The notes under the pieces were generated by a model. The model saw only the letters and a list, made by a program, of their open reading frames with translations, searched no databases and was not told the DNA's origin. Shown here piece after piece: positions 1-4,618 of a DNA stretch of 5,102 nt. How positions within the stretch are numbered: the stretch's first letter is position 1; each line of letters starts with the position of its first letter. The stretch comes from a virus, in IMG/VR virus record IMGVR_UViG_3300045988_010309, positions 1-5,102 of that record; one strand, given 5' to 3'. The position numbers and the translations under genes are program-made.

Positions 1-55
1 ATATCTGGTATTAATGCTCTTCCGTTCCGTTGTGTTTATCTTATTTGGAACGAAT
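1..55. repeat. Terminal redundancy, copy 1. Identical to 5048..5102, marking the overlap of a circular genome with a 5047-nt unit.
   Basis: By direct comparison, atatctggtattaatgctcttccgttccgttgtgtttatcttatttggaacgaat occurs at both 1..55 and 5048..5102. The offset is 5047 nt. The repeat lies inside one continuous reading frame. Confidence 0.97.
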
Positions 56-1314
56 GGTTTAGAGATGAAAATCTTCAAAAATCCGTAAAAATTCAAAAAG
101 GTGATACTAATGAGGTTTTTGACGGCTCGCGTGTATCTGAACAGCCTGAATGGCTCCAAGGAATTCCTGAAAGTTATCTTCCTTGTCCACCTCGTGGTAA
201 GCGCCATGATTACTTTACTTCTTCTTTACCTTGGACTCAGAAAGGCCCTGGCGTTTCTATAGGTCTTGCTGGTACTGCCTCTATAGTTGACCCGACACCT
301 GGTACTGGTTATCTTCTCCATAGTAACGATAGACAGCTCGCCGCTGTTTCATCTTATGGCGGTGATTCCTCTTCTTCAGGCGGTCGTAGAGTTCAATCTG
401 GTAATGATTCTATTAAGTTTAACCGTTATTATTCAAGTTCTGACTATAGTACCGTAGGCGGTTTTGCCGGCAGTACCAATGCAGAGGTAACTATGTCTGC
501 TCAAAAAGCCTCTACTTACCTTGGCAATGATTCTTATGTTGATTTGGACACTTCAAGCATCTTTACGATCAACAGTCTTCGCACCGCTTTCCAAATGCAG
601 AAGTTTTATGAACGCCTTGCTCGTGGCGGTAGCCGGTACACAGAAGTTTTACGCTCTTTCTTTGGCGTAGTTTCTCCTGATGCAAGATTGCAACGCCCTG
701 AATTTTTAGGCTCATTTACTAAAATGATGAACATCAATCCTATTGCTCAGACTTCTAGTACCAATGACACAACACCGCAAGGCAATCTTTCTGCTTATGG
801 CGTTACAGGTGCCAAGTTTCATGGTTTCACGAAATCCTTTGTTGAACATGGTTATATAATTGGTTTCTGTTGCGCTCGCGCTGACTTGACTTATCAGCAA
901 GGCATTAATCGTATGTGGTCTAGGTCTACTGTTTACGATTGGTATTGGCCGACTTTTGCTCATTTAGGTGAACAGGCTGTACTTCTTAAGGAAATTTATG
1001 CTACTGGCGATGCTGATCAAGATAATTCTGTATTTGGTTATCAGGAGCGCTATGCCGAATATCGTTATAAACCTTCTGTGATTTGCGGTAAGTTTAGGTC
1101 TAATATTAAAGGCAATCTTGATGTATGGCATTTGTCTCAGTATTTTGAAACTGCCCCTAAACTTAATCCTGAATTTATAGAGGAAGATGTTCCCATTAGA
1201 CGTATTGTTGCTGTACCTAGTGAGCCTCAGTTTTTGATTGATATAGGATTTAAGTATACTACTGTTCGTCCTATGCCTATGTTTGGTACTCCTGGTCTTG
1301 TAGACCACTTCTAA
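1..1314 (+). CDS. VP1: Major capsid protein VP1, 3' part. Together with 4619..5047 it gives a 580-aa protein.
   Basis: Frame 1 is open from base 1 to TAA 1312..1314; I translated 1..492 by hand and found no stops. The tracked ORF 493..1314 is only the part after an internal Met. Family motifs present are NALPFRCVYLIWNEWFRDENLQ, HDYFTSSLPWTQKG and INSLRTAFQMQKFYERLARGGSRYTEVLRSFFGV. Confidence 0.95.
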   Translation: MSGINALPFRCVYLIWNEWFRDENLQKSVKIQKGDTNEVFDGSRVSEQPEWLQGIPESYLPCPPRGKRHDYFTSSLPWTQKGPGVSIGLAGTASIVDPTPGTGYLLHSNDRQLAAVSSYGGDSSSSGGRRVQSGNDSIKFNRYYSSSDYSTVGGFAGSTNAEVTMSAQKASTYLGNDSYVDLDTSSIFTINSLRTAFQMQKFYERLARGGSRYTEVLRSFFGVVSPDARLQRPEFLGSFTKMMNINPIAQTSSTNDTTPQGNLSAYGVTGAKFHGFTKSFVEHGYIIGFCCARADLTYQQGINRMWSRSTVYDWYWPTFAHLGEQAVLLKEIYATGDADQDNSVFGYQERYAEYRYKPSVICGKFRSNIKGNLDVWHLSQYFETAPKLNPEFIEEDVPIRRIVAVPSEPQFLIDIGFKYTTVRPMPMFGTPGLVDHF

Positions 1315-1326
1315 GGAGTTGGTAAT

Positions 1327-2085
1327 ATGTCTTGGTTAAGTGATGTCGCTGGTTCTGTTGCAGGATCTATTTTTGGTTCTGCCGTTCAGGGTCATTATAA
1401 TTCTGCTGCTTCAGCTCAACAAAATGCGTGGAATGTTGAAAATTACAAACATCGTTATCAATGGGCTATGGAAGATATGCGTAATGCTGGCCTTAATCCT
1501 ATTCTTGCTGCTACTAATGGTGTTGGCGGTTCTATTGCAGGTGCATCTGCTGCTAGTATTGGTATGCCTGATATTGCTGGCAATATTAGTTCGGCTCGTG
1601 GTGTTTCTGCTGCCTCCAAACAGGCTAAGGTAGCTGAACATCTTTCTACTAGTCAGATTGAAAAAAATATTGCTGATGCTAAATCTTCTTCTGCTAATGC
1701 AGGTCTTGCTACTGCTAATACTACTAATGCAGACTTGCAAAATAAAATCTTGCAGAATGATGTTGATTTTAAAACTAAAACTTTTGATCAGCGCGTACAG
1801 TTTGAGTTTGAGCGTATGAAAGCTGAAATCGATAATCTCCACAAGCTTGGTCAGATGTATGATGCTAATTCTTTAAATGCTACTGCTTCTGCCTTGCGTG
1901 CTAATTCCGCTGCTGCTTTTGATAATGTTCAAACGGAGCTTGCTGGTTATGAGCGTGATTTTTATAAGTCTCTTGGCGATCTCGGATCTGATGCTAAAGT
2001 TATGGGTCCTGCTATTGGCAAAGGTGTTGCTGGCGTTATTGGCAAAGGCATCGGATTTTTAAGAAAACGTTATTTTGGAAGGTGA
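1327..2085 (+). CDS. VP2: Minor capsid / DNA pilot protein VP2 (functional analogue of phiX174 H), 252 aa
   Basis: ATG 1327 follows AAGGAG 1313..1318, which overlaps the VP1 stop, with an 8-nt spacer. The gene sits immediately after VP1. It has a Gly/Ser/Ala-rich N-terminus and the motif NYKHRYQWAMEDMRNAGLNPILA, which I recognise as typical of gokushovirus VP2. The middle is helical and coiled-coil-like, and the C-terminus is glycine-rich (GPAIGKGVAGVIGKGIGFL). Confidence 0.85.
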   Translation: MSWLSDVAGSVAGSIFGSAVQGHYNSAASAQQNAWNVENYKHRYQWAMEDMRNAGLNPILAATNGVGGSIAGASAASIGMPDIAGNISSARGVSAASKQAKVAEHLSTSQIEKNIADAKSSSANAGLATANTTNADLQNKILQNDVDFKTKTFDQRVQFEFERMKAEIDNLHKLGQMYDANSLNATASALRANSAAAFDNVQTELAGYERDFYKSLGDLGSDAKVMGPAIGKGVAGVIGKGIGFLRKRYFGR

Positions 2086-2090
2086 TTTTT

Positions 2091-2330
2091 ATGTCTAACA
2101 AAACTACCATGATTCTTACTTTTATTGTTTCTGTCGTTGTTCCTTTTATTCAAGAAGTTGTAGATTTGATTGAGGCCTTAAAAGGTCATTCCAGTGCTAA
2201 CTTGGTTACTGCCAAGAAGGTTGCATCTGATTTTCAAACCGATGTTAGTGAGGCTCTTACTCCAGTTTCTTCTAAAAAAGATTCTAGTAAAGGTTCTAGT
2301 CGTTTTTTTGGTCCTTGGAGGGATAAATAA
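2091..2330 (+). CDS. Hypothetical 79-aa protein with an N-terminal hydrophobic helix. It is a candidate membrane or lysis protein.
   Basis: ATG 2091 follows GGAAGG 2077..2082. The tracked GTG 2082 start overlaps the VP2 stop and has no better signal. The sequence is MSNKTT-MILTFIVSVVVPFI-QEVVDLIEAL followed by a hydrophilic Ser/Lys-rich tail. Codons are T-ending like the core genes. The stop TAA 2328..2330 overlaps the next ATG (TAATG), which suggests translational coupling. I recognise no family for this protein. Confidence 0.6.
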   Translation: MSNKTTMILTFIVSVVVPFIQEVVDLIEALKGHSSANLVTAKKVASDFQTDVSEALTPVSSKKDSSKGSSRFFGPWRDK

Positions 2331-2440
2331 TGCGTAGACGTAGGATTAGCAAAAGAGGTTCTCGTCGTCTTTTTCGCCGTACATCCAAACCCAGACGCAG
2401 AAATCTTCGTAGAGTACAGCGAGGCGGATTTAGGATTTGA
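2330..2440 (+). CDS. Small arginine-rich DNA-binding/packaging protein (phiX174 J / gokushovirus ORF8-VP8-like), 36 aa. It is not in the ORF track.
   Basis: ATG 2330 follows GGAGG 2317..2321 with an 8-nt spacer, and the stop is TGA 2438..2440. The translation is MRRRRISKRGSRRLFRRTSKPRRRNLRRVQRGGFRI, with 16 Arg and 2 Lys in 36 residues and no acidic residue. It lies just upstream of VP4. Confidence 0.75.
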   Translation: MRRRRISKRGSRRLFRRTSKPRRRNLRRVQRGGFRI

Positions 2441-2465
2441 CATTTCCGTTTGAATCCGTTATAAT
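2437..2465 (+). promoter_or_regulatory. Consensus sigma70-type promoter: -35 TTGACA (2437..2442), 17-nt spacer, -10 TATAAT (2460..2465)
   Basis: Both hexamers match consensus exactly and the spacing is optimal. The predicted transcription start is near 2472, about 10 nt upstream of the VP4 ATG at 2482. The -35 overlaps the TGA of the Arg-rich ORF. A small 6-bp hairpin (ccgtta 2456..2461 / taacgg 2469..2474) overlaps the -10. Confidence 0.65.
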
Positions 2466-2481
2466 CTGTAACGGTGATGAT

Positions 2482-3393
2482 ATGGTTTGTTTTAATCCTA
2501 TGCTTATGACTAAAGTCGAAGGAGCGTTTACGAAAAATGGTAAACAGCATTTGTCTTTTTATGGTTCACTTGCTAATAACCCTTCTTTTGCTTCCGATAG
2601 CCGTTTTATTCGCGTCCCTTGTGGTCAGTGTCTCGGCTGTCGTTTGGAACGATCTCGTCAATGGGCTGTTAGGTGTGTCCATGAGGCCAGAATTTCTGAA
2701 AACGCTTACTTTCTAACTTGTACTTTTGATAATTATCATTTGCCTGCTGATAGGTCTTTATCTGTGAAATTTCATCAGACTTTCCTTAAGAATCTTCGTA
2801 GAGAGTTTGGCTCAGGTATTAGATTTATTGGTTGCGGCGAATACGGTGAACTACATGGCCGTCCCCATTATCATTATATTTTTTACAATATTGATTTGTC
2901 TGATAAAGTTTTTGCTTTCCGTGCCGATGGCTATAATACCTATACTAGTTCTCGTTTTGGTAAAGTTTGGAAGTACGGTATGCATCTTATCGGTGATTTT
3001 AGCTTTGATGCCGCTGCTTATGTCGCGCGCTACATAGTCAAAAAGCAGACTGGTCCTAATTCTAACGAACATTACAAAGGTCGTACCCCTGAATTTTTAG
3101 TTACTTCTCGTAGGCCTGGCATTGGTGCAGCTTGGATTGAGAAGTATGGTCAAGATGTCTATTCCAATGATTTTGTTGTTATTAACGGCAGGAAGATGAG
3201 GCCTCCTCGCTTTTATGACAAAAAATTTTCTGAAAAGTACCCTGAATGGATTGACTACGTTAAAGAAAATCGTGTTCAAAAAATGCTCTTTCATCTCGAA
3301 AATAACACGTTTGAACGTCTTGTCGACCGTTGTAGGTGTGTTGAAGGAAAATACAAAACATTTCTTGGCAGAAAACTTGACAAACAATTGTGA
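2482..3393 (+). CDS. VP4: Replication initiation protein VP4 (HUH rolling-circle endonuclease, phiX174 A-like), 303 aa
   Basis: The N-terminus MVCFNPML from ATG 2482 fits the usual M-x-C-x-x-P start of gokushovirus VP4. The tracked TTG 2437 start would read through the promoter. The Cys cluster PCGQCLGCRLERSRQW is present. Rep motif 1 is FLTCTF (2710..2727), the HUH motif is HGRPHYHYIF (HYH at 2866..2874), and the double-tyrosine catalytic motif is YVARYIVKK (Tyr codons at 3019 and 3031). The stop is TGA 3391..3393. Confidence 0.93.
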   Translation: MVCFNPMLMTKVEGAFTKNGKQHLSFYGSLANNPSFASDSRFIRVPCGQCLGCRLERSRQWAVRCVHEARISENAYFLTCTFDNYHLPADRSLSVKFHQTFLKNLRREFGSGIRFIGCGEYGELHGRPHYHYIFYNIDLSDKVFAFRADGYNTYTSSRFGKVWKYGMHLIGDFSFDAAAYVARYIVKKQTGPNSNEHYKGRTPEFLVTSRRPGIGAAWIEKYGQDVYSNDFVVINGRKMRPPRFYDKKFSEKYPEWIDYVKENRVQKMLFHLENNTFERLVDRCRCVEGKYKTFLGRKLDKQL

Positions 3394-3666
3394 TTGTGTC
3401 ATACTATAACAGAAGGAGGCGATAATATAGATGAATTAAAATTCTTAAAACGTTGGTGTCAGTTTAATGGTTATATTTTTAGGCCTAATTTTTCAGGTAG
3501 CAAATATTCTTGTTACAAGTTTAAGCCTTTGGAATGTTCTGTAATTCGTATCGACGATATGTATTACGTGTTTTCTAAGTATGAAGCATTGATGTATAAC
3601 CGTGTATTAAAATTATATCGTATGCATAAGGAGAAGTTGTCCGATGAAAATTTACTCAGTTTATGA
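3394..3666 (+). CDS. Hypothetical accessory protein (90 aa from TTG 3394, 79 aa from ATA 3427). The start is uncertain and I recognise no family.
   Basis: A 273-nt frame stays open in the most AT-rich part of the genome. My hand count gives about 29% GC over 3421..3600, against 42-48% in spot-checked lines of VP1, VP2, VP4 and VP3. Third codon positions are T-biased as in the core genes, but Leu is mostly TTA rather than CTT. TTG 3394 directly abuts the VP4 stop (tgaTTG). The 3' end overlaps VP5 by 23 nt. Confidence 0.5.
   Translation: MCHTITEGGDNIDELKFLKRWCQFNGYIFRPNFSGSKYSCYKFKPLECSVIRIDDMYYVFSKYEALMYNRVLKLYRMHKEKLSDENLLSL
3412..3419 (+). promoter_or_regulatory. Strong Shine-Dalgarno site GAAGGAGG with no canonical in-frame start codon downstream
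   Basis: GAAGGAGG lies at 3412..3419. The nearest ATG (3431, 11-nt spacer) encodes only Met-Asn-stop (atg aat taa, 3431..3439). The long ORF frame has ATA at 3427, a 7-nt spacer from the SD. Confidence 0.5.
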
Positions 3667-3922
3667 TAAGAAGGCTGAATCTTTTAGTCCTCCGTATGTT
3701 GCTCATAATGATTTGATTGCTCTTCGTAATTTTGAAGGGAGTGTGAATAACCCTGAGTTTCCTATTTCGAAATATCCTGATGATTTTAGTCTCTATTATC
3801 TTGGCAATATTGGCGATATGGATGGTCGTTATTTCCTTGACGGTGACGAACTTAACACCGTAATGCCAAAACTTATAGGCGAAGCTCGTGATTATGTTGC
3901 AAAAACTCCTGAAAAGGAGTAA
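3644..3922 (+). CDS. VP5: Nonstructural protein VP5 (gokushovirus ORF5 family), 92 aa
   Basis: ATG 3644 follows AAGGAG 3628..3633. The sequence MKIYSVYDKKAESFSPPYVAHNDLIALRNFEGSVNNPEFPISKYPDDFSLYYLGNIGDMDG fits the pattern I recall for VP5: M-x-x-Y-x-V-x-D-x-K-A-x-x-F, then A-x-R-x-F, then YPDDF-x-L-x-x-x-G. Its position downstream of VP4 also fits. Confidence 0.75.
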   Translation: MKIYSVYDKKAESFSPPYVAHNDLIALRNFEGSVNNPEFPISKYPDDFSLYYLGNIGDMDGRYFLDGDELNTVMPKLIGEARDYVAKTPEKE

Positions 3923-3945
3923 GATAAAAAAGAGCGATGCAAATT

Positions 3946-3976
3946 AAGACGTTCTCAAATGAGAACGTCTTTTTTT
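3946..3976 (+). terminator. Rho-independent terminator: 11-bp stem, 4-nt loop, then a T-tract
   Basis: aagacgttctc (3946..3956) pairs perfectly with gagaacgtctt (3961..3971) around the loop aaat. T residues run from 3970 to 3976, the first two within the stem. The element lies 24 nt after the VP5 stop and is preceded by an A-tract. Confidence 0.8.
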
Positions 3977-4026
3977 GCATTGCTACGCCCGCCGCGTTTA
4001 GGCGCGTACGAAAGGAGGTGAAAACT

Positions 4027-4497
4027 TTGAAATTTAAAACTCCCTATGATAATATTGAATCTCATGACCATTGCGGAAAGGTGTTTAATTTGCCCTCACT
4101 TGCCCTACAAGACGAGAAAGAGGAGACAGACATCAATTATATCGTCAACAAGTATTGCGATGGTCAGAGAGGCATTGCTACGCTTGATTTAGGTAATTCT
4201 GATGTTTATCAATATCTGCAGTTCGGCGATGCTACATTGCCTGGCGATTATGAAACTGCTCTTGACCTTGTATCTGGTGTTCGCGAAGAGTTCTATACTT
4301 TGCCTTCAAAATTTCGCGCAGAATTTAACCACGATCCCTTGGAATTTATCCAGCGTTTGAATCAGCCTGAAACTTTGAACTTGCTTCAGGAATACGGTCT
4401 ATATACTTCTAGCGTAGTACAAGGTCCTACTGTAGAAAAACAAAATAATAATGAAAGTAACAATTTAGGAGAAAATGAAGAAAAAAATAAAAACTAG
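4027..4497 (+). CDS. VP3: Internal scaffolding protein VP3, 156 aa, starting at TTG
   Basis: AAGGAGGTG 4012..4020 is near-perfectly complementary to the anti-SD, and TTG 4027 follows the GGAGG core by 8 nt. From there the protein reads (M)KFKTPYDN...LPSLALQDEKEETDINYIVNKY...GDYETALDLVSGVREEFYTLPSKFRAEFNHDPLEFI. This fits the VP3 pattern I recall: PS-x-T-x-Q...E-x-DIN-x-I...DY-x-x-A...F-x-x-LP-x-x-x-R-x-x-F-x-x-DP-x-x-F. The tracked ATG 3937 start would place the terminator hairpin inside the gene. Confidence 0.85.
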   Translation: MKFKTPYDNIESHDHCGKVFNLPSLALQDEKEETDINYIVNKYCDGQRGIATLDLGNSDVYQYLQFGDATLPGDYETALDLVSGVREEFYTLPSKFRAEFNHDPLEFIQRLNQPETLNLLQEYGLYTSSVVQGPTVEKQNNNESNNLGENEEKNKN

Positions 4498-4500
4498 CGG

Positions 4501-4541
4501 CAGTTGTGCCAGTTACCTACTTGATGTAACTGGCACAACTG
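4501..4541 (+). other. Perfect 16-bp inverted repeat with a 9-nt loop in the VP3-VP1 intergenic region. It is a candidate replication origin or structured regulatory element.
   Basis: cagttgtgccagttac (4501..4516) is the exact reverse complement of gtaactggcacaactg (4526..4541). The loop is ctacttgat (4517..4525). The stem can extend by 3 bp (gcg 4497..4499 / cgc 4543..4545) across one G-A mismatch. No T-tract follows on the + strand. Confidence 0.85.
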
Positions 4542-4618
4542 ACGCAAAATTAAATTAAACCTTAATAAATGTTTCTTTAGGCTTATTTTTAAGGTTTACA
4601 CTTTTGAAAGGAGCTAAA

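Noticed and set aside
1340-1633. Very hydrophobic + strand ORFs embedded out of frame in core genes, which could be taken for phiX174 E-like embedded lysis genes. They are 1340..1633 and 1877..2062 in VP2, 2807..3037 in VP4, and 4809..4991 in VP1.
   Set aside because: With NNT-biased codons, the shifted frame reads NTN codons and automatically yields Leu/Val/Phe/Ile-rich pseudo-proteins. None has an SD site and several start at GTG or TTG. I cannot strictly exclude them, given the phiX174 precedent. Conservation of the open overlapping frame in relatives would be the test.
2437-2481. TTG 2437 as the start of VP4, as in the track (318 aa).
   Set aside because: This TTG is part of the TTGACA -35 box. 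The 15 extra codons span the promoter. The conserved VP4-type N-terminus MVCFNP begins at ATG 2482.
712-3402. All minus-strand ORFs in the track: 712..963, 964..1308, 1411..1842, 2234..2443, 2296..2550, 2851..3072 and 3097..3402.
   Set aside because: They lie fully antisense to recognisable Microviridae genes. Their products are low-complexity and rich in Ile/Asn/Ser/Arg/Lys, as expected from reading a T-rich coding strand backwards. They lack SD sites, and Microviridae transcribe one strand only.
3215-3409. 64-aa basic ORF overlapping the 3' end of VP4 in another frame.
   Set aside because: It has no SD upstream of ATG 3215 and I recognise no motif. The open frame is short enough to arise by chance within a coding region.
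3897-3925. Promoter-like TTGCAA-N17-TAAGAT at the end of VP5.
   Set aside because: It is only a 4/6 plus 4/6 match. A transcript started here would run straight into the terminator at 3946..3976.
3937-4026. ATG 3937 as the start of the VP3 ORF, as in the track (186 aa).
   Set aside because: It has no SD. The first 30 codons would encode the terminator hairpin, the T-tract and the GC-rich spacer. A near-perfect SD with TTG 4027 lies downstream, where the VP3-like sequence begins.
4475-4558. 27-aa ORF (MKKKIKTSGSCASYLLDVTGTTDAKLN) that starts inside the VP3 tail after AGGAG and runs through the hairpin.
   Set aside because: The SD-to-ATG spacing is only 3 nt. Most of the ORF is simply the hairpin arms. 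The SGSC is not preceded by a hydrophobic signal region, so it is not a lipoprotein signal.
4545-4575. Possible XerC/XerD dif-like site in the AT-rich intergenic region. As I recall, some gokushoviruses integrate by hijacking XerCD.
   Set aside because: It shows only scattered resemblance to the E. coli dif sequence I remember. There are no clear 11-nt arms flanking a 6-nt spacer. A proper dif-motif scan would be needed to decide.
4542-4618. Promoter for VP1 in the AT-rich spacer. Candidates are cTGACg 4539..4544 with AATAAA about 19 nt downstream, TTGATG 4521..4526 with CAAAAT 4545..4550, and TACACT 4597..4602.
   Set aside because: Each candidate matches only 3-4 of 6 positions per hexamer, which is expected by chance in AT-rich DNA. 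A promoter probably exists somewhere upstream of VP3 or VP1, but I cannot place it from sequence alone.
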